A stretch of 44,007 bases of DNA from a virus (taxonomy: Duplodnaviria; Caudoviricetes): positions 1-44,007 of the IMG/VR virus record IMGVR_UViG_3300031519_000048; one strand, written 5' to 3'. This document shows, one piece after another, positions 1 to 10,200 of the stretch. A model generated the notes under the pieces. That model saw nothing but the letters and a program-made list of their open reading frames with translations. It made no database searches and was not told the DNA's origin. The first letter of the stretch is position 1. Each line of letters begins with the position of its first letter. A program made the translations under genes and the position numbers.

Positions 1-2
1 AA

Positions 3-512
3 GGTACAATATACGGTTGCAATGCACTGTATAGAGAGTTTGATCCTGACTATCTAGTTGCAGTTGACACTAAAATGATTTTAGAAATTAATAAAGCTGG
101 GTATCAGCATAGTAATTCAGTTTGGACTAATCCTAATAAAGCATATTCTAAATTTACAGGTTTTAATTATTTTAATCCTAGTAAAGGCTGGAGTAGCGGA
201 CCAACAGCATTAAATCTTGCAAGTGATCATAATAACGATACTATGTACATACTAGGATTTGATTATATAGGTATAGACGACAAAGTTAATAACATATATT
301 CAAGCACCTACAATTATAAAAAAGTTAATGAGCGTGCCACATTTCACGGCAATTGGCTTAAACAAACTACAATAATATGTCAAAAATTTTCTAAAAAGAG
401 ATATATAAGAGTGTTAGGAGACAATCCTTTTATACCTAAAGAGTTTGCATCATTGAGCAACTTATCACACATTACAGTCGAAGAATTTAAAAATATCTTC
501 GACATTTTGTAA
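3..512 (+). CDS. 5'-truncated glycosyltransferase-fold protein (Maf/DUF115/GT42 sialyltransferase-like), phage type
   Basis: The frame is open from the window edge (GTIYGCNALYREFDPDYLVAVD precedes the listed Met at 75). The GCN...D..VAVD, SSGPTALNLA and YILGFDY motifs resemble the Maf/CstII-like Rossmann GT fold. Confidence 0.55.
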   Translation, partial: GTIYGCNALYREFDPDYLVAVDTKMILEINKAGYQHSNSVWTNPNKAYSKFTGFNYFNPSKGWSSGPTALNLASDHNNDTMYILGFDYIGIDDKVNNIYSSTYNYKKVNERATFHGNWLKQTTIICQKFSKKRYIRVLGDNPFIPKEFASLSNLSHITVEEFKNIFDIL

Positions 513-569
513 TTATTTCTATTTTGGCTCGTTTTGAGCCTATATATACCCACTTTTCTGATATATAAG

Positions 570-576
570 TAAATAC
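570..576 (+). promoter_or_regulatory. T4-type late promoter box (TAAATAC) for the head operon
   Basis: TAAATAC lies in the intergenic gap about 50 nt before AGGAG/ATG 625. The same motif recurs before most late genes. Confidence 0.6.
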
Positions 577-624
577 ACATGACAGCCTTACCATAGGTAC
601 AACATTTATTAGGAGAATGAAAAA

Positions 625-1524
625 ATGGCAGATCTATCTAAATTTGAGCAAATGCTCGAGCTTCTAATCAACGAAGATAAAGAAGCAGCACAAGAATTGT
701 TTCACGAGATTGTAGTTGAAAAATCTCGTGATATTTACGAATCACTACTAGAAGACGAAGATGAAATTGAAGAAGATTCAGACGAAGAAGTAAGTGAAGA
801 CGACGAAGAAGTCGATGAAGCAGCTGATGAAGAAGTTGACGAGTCAGACGAAGACCTAGAAGAAGGTTTTAGCCTAGACGAGTTTGAAGTAGAAGCTGAT
901 GACGAAGTAGGCGGCGACGCAACCGACGACATGATGGGCGACCTAGGTATGGACGACGAAGAAGGCGGCGACGAAGAAGGCGACGAAGAAGGCGAAGGCG
1001 ATGTTGAAGATCGTGTTGAAGACCTAGAAGACGCACTCGACGATCTTAAAGCAGAATTTGAAAAAATGATGGCTGGCGATGATGCAGGCGATGACGAAGC
1101 TGATGACGAAGAAGGCGAAGAAGCCGACGACATGGGCATGGATATGGGCGACGAAGAAGAAGCTCCAGAAGAAGAGTCATTCCAAGCAACAGTTACACCT
1201 TTAACAGCAGGCGAGCAAATGCGCGAGTATGTTGAAAAAGTATCACCAAAAATGGGTGACAACGGTGCAAACACAACGTCGACTCTAGCTAAGCCAAACA
1301 GTATGGGCGGCACAACTGCTAATATCGCAAAAGGCGGTACAGCAGATACTAAAGGAACAGCTGGTGGTTTAGCAAGTAACAAACCACAAGCAATGAATAC
1401 CAAGAACGTAAATGTTGTTGGTGCAAAAGGCGCGACAAAGATGTCAAGCCAACCTGGTCACGGCGCTGAGAAAAAGGGCAAGCCAGAGACTGCTGCTAAT
1501 ACCAAAAGTACTATCGGCAAATAA
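625..1524 (+). CDS. Highly acidic prohead core/internal scaffold-like protein (T4 gp67/gp68 position)
   Basis: AGGAG SD; long D/E-rich tract with a basic G/K/T-rich C-terminus; sits immediately upstream of the prohead protease. Confidence 0.6.
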   Translation: MADLSKFEQMLELLINEDKEAAQELFHEIVVEKSRDIYESLLEDEDEIEEDSDEEVSEDDEEVDEAADEEVDESDEDLEEGFSLDEFEVEADDEVGGDATDDMMGDLGMDDEEGGDEEGDEEGEGDVEDRVEDLEDALDDLKAEFEKMMAGDDAGDDEADDEEGEEADDMGMDMGDEEEAPEEESFQATVTPLTAGEQMREYVEKVSPKMGDNGANTTSTLAKPNSMGGTTANIAKGGTADTKGTAGGLASNKPQAMNTKNVNVVGAKGATKMSSQPGHGAEKKGKPETAANTKSTIGK

Positions 1525-1538
1525 GTTAGGAAGTTTGA

Positions 1539-2162
1539 ATGAAAAACTTACGAGAACACCTAAGTTTCGACCAAGCGAAAATAATCGTTGAGTCTGCTAA
1601 CGAAGGAAAAGACTTGTACATGAAAGGAATCATGATACAAGGCGGAGTACGCAACGCTAACCAGCGTGTGTATCCTGTAAATGAAATTGGCAGGGCTGTC
1701 AAAACTCTCAGCGAGCAAATCGAGGGTGGATACAGTGTACTCGGAGAAGTTGATCATCCAGAAGGTCTTAATATTAACTTGGATCGTGTAAGTCATATGA
1801 TCAGCGAATGCTGGATGGATGGCCCAAACGGTTACGGAAAATTAAAAATCTTACCAACACCTATGGGAAACCTAGTTAGCGTCATGATTCAAAATGGCGT
1901 GAAACTAGGTGTTTCATCACGTGGATCAGGTAATGTTAGTGAAGACGGTAGCGGCAACGTTAGCGACTTTGAAATTATAACAGTGGACGTTGTGGCACAG
2001 CCTAGCGCCCCTGGAGCATATCCTACTGCAATCTACGAGCATTTAATGAATGCTCGTGGTGGTATGAAGGCATATGAATTAGCACAGGCAACCAGAAACG
2101 ACACAAAGGCACAAAAGTATCTCAAGGAATCGCTGATTAACATAATCAGCAAGCTCCAATAA
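1539..2162 (+). CDS. gp21: Prohead core protease (T4 gp21 family)
   Basis: Motifs NANQRVYP, LGEVDHP, INLDRVSH, GKLKILPTPMG, LGVSSRGSG and DVVAQPSAPGA; synteny with scaffold and capsid genes. Confidence 0.95.
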   Translation: MKNLREHLSFDQAKIIVESANEGKDLYMKGIMIQGGVRNANQRVYPVNEIGRAVKTLSEQIEGGYSVLGEVDHPEGLNINLDRVSHMISECWMDGPNGYGKLKILPTPMGNLVSVMIQNGVKLGVSSRGSGNVSEDGSGNVSDFEIITVDVVAQPSAPGAYPTAIYEHLMNARGGMKAYELAQATRNDTKAQKYLKESLINIISKLQ

Positions 2163-2176
2163 ACTAGGAGAATGGT

Positions 2177-3274
2177 ATGATAGATGCACTGAAAACACTC
2201 TTTGAAAACGATGTAGTTACAACTGAGGTCAGAGCCGAAATTGAACAAGCGTGGCAAATTAAAATTGACGAAAACAAAATGCAGGCAACTGCTGAGTTAC
2301 GTGAAGAATTTGCACAGAAGTACGAGCACGATAAATCAACTATGGTTGAAGCTATCGATGCAATGCTTTCTGAGCGTCTTGCAGAAGAAATTGCAGAGTT
2401 TGCAGAAGATCGCAAACAACTAGCAGAAGCAAAAGCAAAATATGCTGTTGCGATGCGTGAAAATGCAAGTCTACTAAAAGGATTTGTAGTTGAACAACTA
2501 CAAAAAGAAGTTCAAGAATTACGTACAGACAAGAAAGCAATGGCTGAAAACTATGCCAAGCTAGAAGAGTTTGTAGTAGAAGCTTTGTCAGGTGAAATTG
2601 CAGAATTTAACGAAGACAAAAAAGACTTAGCTGAAACAAAAGTACGTTTAGTACGTGAAGCTAAATCACACTTCGCTAAAGTTAAAGCTAACTTTATCGA
2701 AAGAAGTGCTACAGCAGTATCTGAAATGGTCGGCAAATCACTAAAAGGTGAAATTGCTGCACTAAAAGAAGATATTGACACAGCACGTAGCAACGACTTT
2801 GGTCGTAAAATATTTGAAGCATTTGCTTCTGAGTATGGTACTAGCTATCTAAATGAAAACTCAGAAACCGCTAAGTTACTAAAAGTAATATCAATAAAAG
2901 ATAAACAACTTTCAGAAGCTAAAGTGTTTGCAACAAAAGCAAAACAACTTGCAGAATCAGCTACTGTTGAAAAACAGAAATTAGTAGAAGCTGCAACACG
3001 TAACAATTTAATGAACGAACTGATTGCGCCATTAAGCAAAGATCAACGTGAAATTATGAAAGACTTACTGGAAACAACTCAAACTGTAAAGCTACGCTCA
3101 CAGTTTGCAAAGTACTTACCGACTGTTATCGAAGGTAATACTAGTCCAGCCAAGCGCAAGGCACAATTAAATGAAGGCACTGAAATTACAGGCAATCGAA
3201 CAGAAACTAAAATTAGTAGTAAAGCAGATGATGACAACGTCGTTGACATCCGTCGTCTAGCTGGATTAAATTAA
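2177..3274 (+). CDS. gp22: Prohead scaffolding protein (T4 gp22-like)
   Basis: AGGAG SD; E/K/A-rich coiled-coil composition; GRKIFEAF motif; located between protease and capsid genes. Confidence 0.8.
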   Translation: MIDALKTLFENDVVTTEVRAEIEQAWQIKIDENKMQATAELREEFAQKYEHDKSTMVEAIDAMLSERLAEEIAEFAEDRKQLAEAKAKYAVAMRENASLLKGFVVEQLQKEVQELRTDKKAMAENYAKLEEFVVEALSGEIAEFNEDKKDLAETKVRLVREAKSHFAKVKANFIERSATAVSEMVGKSLKGEIAALKEDIDTARSNDFGRKIFEAFASEYGTSYLNENSETAKLLKVISIKDKQLSEAKVFATKAKQLAESATVEKQKLVEAATRNNLMNELIAPLSKDQREIMKDLLETTQTVKLRSQFAKYLPTVIEGNTSPAKRKAQLNEGTEITGNRTETKISSKADDDNVVDIRRLAGLN

Positions 3275-3284
3275 GGAGATAATT

Positions 3285-4463
3285 ATGTCAGAACTACTCG
3301 AGTCACGCTGGCAGGATACCAAAGCAGCACTTTTAGAAGGCCTTACAGGCAACAAAAAGGCTGTTATGGGCGCAACACTGGAAAATACACGCAAGTATTT
3401 GTCAGAGTCAGCAACTGCAGGAGCTACATCCGCAGGTAATGTTGCAACACTTAACCGTGTTATTCTACCCGTCATCAGACGTGTTATGCCAACCGTTATT
3501 GCTAACGAATTAGTTGGTGTTCAGCCTATGACAGGCCCTGTGGGTCAAATCCACACACTACGTGTTCGCTATAGCGACACAGCAGGTACAGGCGCATCAG
3601 GCGCAGTAGCTGGTGAAGAGGCGTTAAGCCCATTCAAAATTGCTGAAGCATATTCAGGCAACACAACTACTGCTAAAGCTGCATCAACTGCTGCTCTAGA
3701 AGGTGCTGCTGGTAATAGACTAAGCATCCAAATCTTGAAGCAAACTGTAGAAGCCAAAACACGCAAACTAAGCGCACGTTGGACTTTTGAAGCTGCTCAA
3801 GATGCACAGTCAATGCACGGTATTGATGTTGAAGCAGAAATCATGGCAGCTCTTGCACAAGAGATTACTGCTGAGATTGACCAAGAAGTATTATCATCAC
3901 TGAACACACTTGCTGGTACTGCTGTTTCAGAGTACAACCAAGCAACTGTAAGTGGTACTGCTACTTTCGTTGGTGACGAGCATGCAGCTCTTGCTGTTCT
4001 AATCAACCGTGAGTCAAACAAAATTGCACAACGTACACGTCGTGGTGCTGGTAACTGGGCTGTTGTATCGCCATTCGCGTTAACAATCCTACAATCAGCT
4101 ACAACTTCAGCGTTTGCACGTACAACTGAAGGTACATTTGAAGCACCAACTAACACTAAAATGGTTGGTACATTGAACAATGCTATGAAAGTATATGTTA
4201 ACACATATGCAGCAGATAGTACTGACGTACTTATTGGCTACAAAGGCGCTAGCGAATCAGATGCAGCGGCATTCTATTGCCCATACATCCCGCTAATGTC
4301 TTCAGGCGTTGTACTTGACCCGGGTACATTTGAACCAACTGTGTCATTCATGACACGTTATGGTTATGTTGAGCTAAACAACACAGCATCGTCACTTGGC
4401 AATGCTGCTGATTACCTAAGCAAAGTCGGAATGACAGCTTGGGCAAACGTATCGTTCCAGTAA
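3285..4463 (+). CDS. gp23: Major capsid protein (T4 gp23 family, compact 392 aa)
   Basis: Motifs LPVIRRVMP..IANELVGVQPMTGPVGQI, VEAKTRKLSARWTFEAAQD, EITAEIDQE, FYCPYIPL and FMTRYG; TAAGGAG SD. Confidence 0.97.
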   Translation: MSELLESRWQDTKAALLEGLTGNKKAVMGATLENTRKYLSESATAGATSAGNVATLNRVILPVIRRVMPTVIANELVGVQPMTGPVGQIHTLRVRYSDTAGTGASGAVAGEEALSPFKIAEAYSGNTTTAKAASTAALEGAAGNRLSIQILKQTVEAKTRKLSARWTFEAAQDAQSMHGIDVEAEIMAALAQEITAEIDQEVLSSLNTLAGTAVSEYNQATVSGTATFVGDEHAALAVLINRESNKIAQRTRRGAGNWAVVSPFALTILQSATTSAFARTTEGTFEAPTNTKMVGTLNNAMKVYVNTYAADSTDVLIGYKGASESDAAAFYCPYIPLMSSGVVLDPGTFEPTVSFMTRYGYVELNNTASSLGNAADYLSKVGMTAWANVSFQ

Positions 4464-4479
4464 TTAGTTACTGAAATAT

Positions 4480-4506
4480 AAAATAGGCCCTCCGGGGCCT
4501 ATTTTT
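4480..4506 (+). terminator. Intrinsic terminator after the capsid gene
   Basis: AAAATAGGCCC-TCCG-GGGCCTATTTT perfect inverted repeat ending in a T run. Confidence 0.9.
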
Positions 4507-4538
4507 GTGACTTCAGTTTCGTAATAATTAGAAAGTGA

Positions 4539-4545
4539 TAAATAC
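4539..4545 (+). promoter_or_regulatory. Late promoter box (GATAAATAC)
   Basis: TAAATAC between the capsid terminator and ORF 4632. Confidence 0.65.
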
Positions 4546-4549
4546 TAAT

Positions 4550-4631
4550 GTCGATAATCGTGCCGCATATAGCGGACTTATGCAGAAATGACCCACTGCG
4601 TAAACCTAGAACGTTTTAAAGGAGAAAACAA
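4550..4631 (+). ncRNA. Putative structured 5' leader of ORF 4632
   Basis: Hairpins CCGC-ATATA-GCGG (4563-4575) and TTATGCAG/CTGCGTAA (4578-4603, one G-U pair) lie between the promoter box and the AAGGAG SD. Confidence 0.4.
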
Positions 4632-5183
4632 ATGGGAAGACCACTAAACAAAAGATTTTTCGGAACACCAACAAATGCTGGCGCCGAAATTAAAGTACAG
4701 TTTCACAACGGAGCTGGATCAGTAAACGGCTGGATCGTTAAGCAACTTGGAAGTAAGAAATTCCGTTGCACCGACGGCACAGAAACAAAAGATTGTTTCT
4801 TAGTAGACAAACTTACTGGAGCAATTGCTGCTGGCGAAATGAGTATTACAGTTAAAGACGATGCAGGCGCTGCAAAGCAAGTTATTAAAATTGCAGGACG
4901 CAAAGTAACACTTGACACAGGCGAAAGCATTGCTTGGAACATGTCAGAATCAGCAGCAGACGGCGCTGTTGAAATGGAAGAAGCAGGCGGCTATCCAGTT
5001 ATTTCAGTTACAGCAATGGTTGCTGGTGTTGAATACATTATTGTAACAACAGGCAATACTGTTTGGAATGACTTTGGCGGCAGCGGCGCCCCAGTAGTTG
5101 GCGAAATATTTGTTGCTAATAACGCAGGTACAGGAACTGGTACTGTTAGAATTGCGCCAGATGACTTTGAAGGCGACGAGTAA
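4632..5183 (+). CDS. Probable virion (head-associated) protein
   Basis: AAGGAG SD; has its own late promoter and terminator directly after gp23; small Gly/Thr-rich C-terminal module. Function inferred from position only. Confidence 0.55.
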   Translation: MGRPLNKRFFGTPTNAGAEIKVQFHNGAGSVNGWIVKQLGSKKFRCTDGTETKDCFLVDKLTGAIAAGEMSITVKDDAGAAKQVIKIAGRKVTLDTGESIAWNMSESAADGAVEMEEAGGYPVISVTAMVAGVEYIIVTTGNTVWNDFGGSGAPVVGEIFVANNAGTGTGTVRIAPDDFEGDE

Positions 5184-5187
5184 TATT

Positions 5188-5221
5188 AGTTATGGGGGAT
5201 TAAGTTCCCCCATTACTTTTT
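5188..5221 (+). terminator. Intrinsic terminator-like hairpin
   Basis: ATGGGGGA/TCCCCCAT stem (5192-5213) followed by TACTTTTT. Confidence 0.7.
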
Positions 5222-5236
5222 ACATAGGATAAAAGA

Positions 5237-6253
5237 ATGTCAAAGTTTTTAAATGTACCAAATGGTAATTATTACATATCAGTACAGGATGGCGGAAGAA
5301 TTACGCTCGATACTGGAACTGACGAGTTTGGTGCTCCTGTCGGCGAAGTTAGAATTACCGGAAATTTAACTGTACAAGGTGAAACTACTACAGTTAAATC
5401 TACAATAACTACAATTGCTGATAATATTATTACTGTAAACGCAGGTGAAACTGGCGGCTCAGGTATTACTCTTGATACTGCTGGTATTATGATAGATCGT
5501 GGACAAGCAGGTGGCGGTCTTTCAAATGCATATATAGTATTTGACGAAAATGTTGTTTGGCGAGATCCTAATACAGAAACTATGATCACAGGCGGATTTG
5601 TATTTAAAAACGATTCAGGGTCATTAGTAGGTATTAGATCTAATTCAATCAGCACAGGCGGCGGCGACCTTTATTTAATTAATACAGGCTCTGGCGTTAT
5701 TAGTGTCACTGGAACAACAAATTACGAAGATAATGTAACAGACGACGATCATGTTCCAAATAAACTGTATGTTGATAACGCAATCGACACTGCATTTGCT
5801 ACTGTGTTCTTACGTCAAATTGGCGACGGCACAGAAACAATTAGTAGTATTACTATCGACGACGAAGAAACTACTGGGTTAAATAGTGTTATCACATTTA
5901 GCGTCGATGGACAAGTTGTTTCAAACTTGTATGCAGACAGATGGGAATTTGATGAAATCCGTATCGCTGGAACAACTATTGAAACATTGTCAAGCAATGA
6001 AGATTTAATTTTAAGAGCTGCAGGTGCAGGGTCGGTAAAGATAGAAGATACACTACATATAACAAGTGTTCCGGATTTAGACGACATTGTTTCTTTAAAT
6101 CCGTTATTGCCGACAGCACCTACAAATGGGGCAAAGATTTATATATCAGACCAATATAGCGGAAAGACTGGAATATATTTCATTAATGCTGAAAATAATA
6201 GAGACGAATTAGTAAGTAAAAATAGAGCATTGCTTTTTAGCATGCTATTTTAA
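5237..6253 (+). CDS. Virion structural/fibre-type protein
   Basis: ITGNLTVQGETTTV..T...IADNII beta-fibre motif; hydrophobic C-terminus (ALLFSMLF). Confidence 0.65.
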   Translation: MSKFLNVPNGNYYISVQDGGRITLDTGTDEFGAPVGEVRITGNLTVQGETTTVKSTITTIADNIITVNAGETGGSGITLDTAGIMIDRGQAGGGLSNAYIVFDENVVWRDPNTETMITGGFVFKNDSGSLVGIRSNSISTGGGDLYLINTGSGVISVTGTTNYEDNVTDDDHVPNKLYVDNAIDTAFATVFLRQIGDGTETISSITIDDEETTGLNSVITFSVDGQVVSNLYADRWEFDEIRIAGTTIETLSSNEDLILRAAGAGSVKIEDTLHITSVPDLDDIVSLNPLLPTAPTNGAKIYISDQYSGKTGIYFINAENNRDELVSKNRALLFSMLF

Positions 6254-6263
6254 GGAATAAAAA

Positions 6264-6629
6264 ATGGCTATTAAAAATGCACAATTAACAACAACTACAA
6301 CTTATATTCTAGACCCGTCTGGAGTTAATGACCCAGTCGGAGCAGTTCCAGCAGGAAAAACATATGCAGTTACTAATATTTTAGTTTGCAATAGTAGTTT
6401 AACAACTGCTGCAAGTTTTGATATGCACTTAGTCCCACAAGGAATACCATTAAGCAACTCAGTAACATGTGTGGTAAGAAATTTAGAACTACCGGCAGGC
6501 GAAACGTTTACATTTGATAGTGAGAGAATTGTACTTGAAACAGGTGATGCAATTGTATTTGTTGCCGAACCTGATTCGGGCGCAGGATTAACGACTCTTG
6601 CTGCAACAGTAAGCTATTTGGAAGTTTAA
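6264..6629 (+). CDS. Small beta-sandwich virion adaptor protein (paralogue of 14366 and 26519)
   Basis: TAAGGA SD; ILVCN...ERIVLETGD...VSYLEV pattern shared with ORFs 14366 and 26519. Confidence 0.6.
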   Translation: MAIKNAQLTTTTTYILDPSGVNDPVGAVPAGKTYAVTNILVCNSSLTTAASFDMHLVPQGIPLSNSVTCVVRNLELPAGETFTFDSERIVLETGDAIVFVAEPDSGAGLTTLAATVSYLEV

Positions 6630-6631
6630 TA

Positions 6632-7204
6632 ATGAGATTACTAAAGCGTCAAACTACTAACTTAAGAAGTATCGCAGGCAAGGGTGTGCAATACGATGTT
6701 AACGATCAAGTTATTGTTGACAGTAGTAATTCTATGCGTTTGCCTACTGGTATTACAGCAGTTCGTCCAGGCGAAACAGGTGTTAGTACTAGTGCATCAA
6801 ACGGTCAAATAAGATATAATATAACTACTAATGAATTAGAATCTTTTCAGGACGGTGCGTGGAGAAACTTACGCTTTAAAGAACCAAATAGAAATCCAGG
6901 AATTATTTGGCAAAACTTAGGTGTAGGTGATGCAGTTGAAACAGTATTTGGTGAATTAGATAGTCAAGATAGTGATTACATTGCCCCAGCAGATGCTAGA
7001 AACATCTTAGTTCTTATTGAAAACGTTTTACAACTTCCTACAACAAACTATACAATTCAGCAAACAGCATGGGTTAATAATGTAGCAAACGGTCAGCCTA
7101 ATGCAGGAAGCTACGTTGAAAGTGGTAGCGGCTGGTGGCTAGTATTTACAAGTGAAGTGCCACTAGGCAAACCGGTTACGGTAGTACATAATCTCGACAA
7201 GTAA
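6632..7204 (+). CDS. Virion structural protein
   Basis: The LPTG.T..RP...GQIRYN.T.N.LE....W motif is also present in ORFs 7241 and 11050. Confidence 0.6.
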   Translation: MRLLKRQTTNLRSIAGKGVQYDVNDQVIVDSSNSMRLPTGITAVRPGETGVSTSASNGQIRYNITTNELESFQDGAWRNLRFKEPNRNPGIIWQNLGVGDAVETVFGELDSQDSDYIAPADARNILVLIENVLQLPTTNYTIQQTAWVNNVANGQPNAGSYVESGSGWWLVFTSEVPLGKPVTVVHNLDK

Positions 7205-7210
7205 ATCCAA

Positions 7211-7217
7211 TAAATAC
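7211..7217 (+). promoter_or_regulatory. Late promoter box
   Basis: ATAAATAC upstream of GAGGAG/ATG 7241. Confidence 0.6.
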
Positions 7218-7240
7218 ATTAGTATTGAGGAGCAATTAAC

Positions 7241-10200
7241 ATGTCTGAATCACAAAATGGTAGAATTGGCGGCGGCGTATTAGCCGATAATTTATTACGC
7301 CAGGGTGTAAATCTATCATTTGAAACTGATTTATTATATCTAGATGTAAATTCTCAACGCATTGGTATTAATACTGATTCACCAGGAGATGCATTATCTG
7401 TTTCAACACTTATACAAACTACTGGTCTAGTAGGAACATATGCAAATGTTGCAACCTTTGAATTAGATACAAGTAGAATCAATAATATCTCAGGTGATAT
7501 AAATTTAAATGCAGCAAATGAAATATTTGCAACTGCAATTGCAACTGAAGATTTAAAAATAGACTTTAACAGAATTAGTACAACAACTAATAATACAAAT
7601 ATAGATATTAGGCCCGACGGCATCGGTGTAGTTAATATTAGAAGTAATTGGAATATATCAGGAAATTTACATTCTACTGGTAATATAACATTCAGCGGCA
7701 ACTTAGTACTAGGTGATTCAGACGAAGACAGTGTAACGTTTGAATCTGATGTTAATAGCGATTTAGTTCCAGACCAAACTAATGTTAGTGCTTTAGGTTC
7801 TGCTACAAAACAATGGCGGGCTATCTATAGTGATCTATTAAATGGGCTGCGTATTGAATTAGATTCAATTACTGTTAATGATACAAGTTTAGTAACCCGT
7901 CAGGGTAATATGTTTTATGTTAGTACACTTGGTAGTGATACTAATGTAGGCGATCATCAACACGGTGCGTTCCGTACACTAAAACACGCACTTGCACAAA
8001 GTGATGGTAGCACGTCCGGGCCTACTGCTATACATATATTTCCTGGAGAATACGAAGAAGAATTTCCGTTAACTGTTCCTTCGCATGTAAGTATAACAGG
8101 CGAAGATATAAGAAACACAATTATTAAACCTACACTTGCAACAAAGTACAACAATGCATTTTTAGTAGAAGACAGTGTTACTATTGAAAATATTACTATT
8201 AAAGATTTTTATAATAGCTCAACACTTGAAATTGCTTCATCTGATGTAATTGATAACCCAAGTGCCGTCGGCGGCGATTGGTTTGGCCGGGCAGTTGCAG
8301 TAGACGGTGACTATGCTATCGTTGGTGCTTATCGAGAAGATGCTGTTGGTTATAACGATTCAGGTAAAGCATATATCTACAACGTAACTACAGGAGCATT
8401 AGTTCATACACTAGATAACCCTAATACAGGTGATGCTCTTAGTGATGAGTTTGGCTACTCAGTTGCAATATCAAGTAACTATGCTATCGTTGGTGCTCGA
8501 AGAACGGATGATGCAGGTGGTAGTGAATCAGGTAAAGCATATATCTTTAATGTTACCACCGGTGCTCTAGTTCATACACTAGATAATCCCAATCGTTATA
8601 GCACAAGTGCAGGTGATGAGTTTGGCTACTCAGTTGCAATATCTGGTAATTACGCTATTGTTGGTTCGTCACTTGACGGCACCGCCGGTACAATATTTGA
8701 GGAATCAGGTGTCGCATATATTTTTAATGTTACAACAGGAGCATTAGTTCATACACTAGATAATCCTAGTAGTCTTAAACAATTTGATTTATTTGGTTAC
8801 TCAGTTGCAATAGATGGCAACTATGCAATTGTTGGTGCCATCGGTGAAGAAGATGCTGGTGGCACATATTCAGGTAAAGCATATATCTACGATGTTACAA
8901 CTGGCGCTCTATTACACACACTAGATAATCCAACTGCATTTACAAGTCAGAGTGATCAATTTGGTGGTTCGGTTGCAATTTCAGGAAATTATGCGATTGT
9001 CGGAGCAAAGTATGCAGATGATGCTGGTGGTAATAATTCAGGTAACGCATATATCTTTAATGTTACTACTGGTGCGTTAGTTCATATTTTAGATAATCCA
9101 AATGATTATGGCACAGGTACTAGTGATAACTTTGGTCAATCAGTTGCAATATCTGGTAATTACGCTATTGTAGGTGCCTGGCAGGAAGATGATGGCGGAA
9201 CTGGACTAGGAACGCAAGGCGGAACTGGTCTTAGTTCAGGTAAGGCATATATCTTCAATGTAGTTACCGGAGATCTATTACAAACACTAGATAATCCTAA
9301 TGCTTATAATACAAGTGCTAGTGATTTCTTTGGTTACGCAGTTGCTATATCGGGCGAGCATGTTATTGTTGGTGTTCCGCTCGAAGATGTTCTTGGCAGC
9401 AGCAGCAACGGCAAAGCATACACTTACAATTTATTAATTACAGAAGAAGACAGATATGCATTCCGTTTTACTCCAGGCGGATTAGTAAACACCCGTAGTC
9501 CGTATATTAGAAATGTTAGTGTTATTACAAAAGGTAGTATAATCAGTGCAGATGATCCAAGAGGGTTTAATGCAGGCAATGCAGGCGGCGGAGCATATAT
9601 AGATGGATCAGTTTTAGACAGTTCAAGTTTAGAAGCTAGCATGTTGTTTCACAGCGTAACTTTTATTACACCCGGTGTTGATTGCATTACAATGACTAAC
9701 GGTGTTAGAGTAGAATGGCTAAACAGTTTTACATACTTTGCAAACAGAGGATTGTATGCTACTCAAGGCATAACTGGTAAAGTAATGCCAGACACATCTA
9801 CTCGTTACGGAGCAGAACTTCGATCAATTGGTTCGGCATGTGTTTATGGCAACTATGGTGCAGTAGCAGACGGTGCTAATACATTAATGTATCTAGTAGG
9901 ACATAATTTTGGATACGTAGGTGTCGGTGCTAACACATCTAATGATAACACCTTAAGTGTTCAAAGTCAAGAAACAACTCAATTAAATTTAGGAAAAATT
10001 TATTATACGTCAACTAACGAAAATGGTACTTTTAAAGTAGGCGATGCGTTTTTTGTAGATTTTGAAACCGGAATAACTAGCATTGATGCAAGTGCGGTTA
10101 ACTTCAGTGGTGTTAGTAACATTACTATTCAAAATGGTTTAGATGTTACATACATCGACGGTAGTAGAGTCGACACTGGTAATATTAGAATTAGTGGAAA

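Noticed and set aside
735-1403. 222-aa Ser-rich antisense ORF and the other shadow ORFs within large genes
   Set aside because: They mirror the codon bias of well-supported genes on the other strand or frame and have no SD or recognisable motifs.
8275-9430. CRISPR-like spaced DNA repeats
   Set aside because: The repeats are in-frame coding propeller blades with a ~170-nt period, and there are no cas genes.
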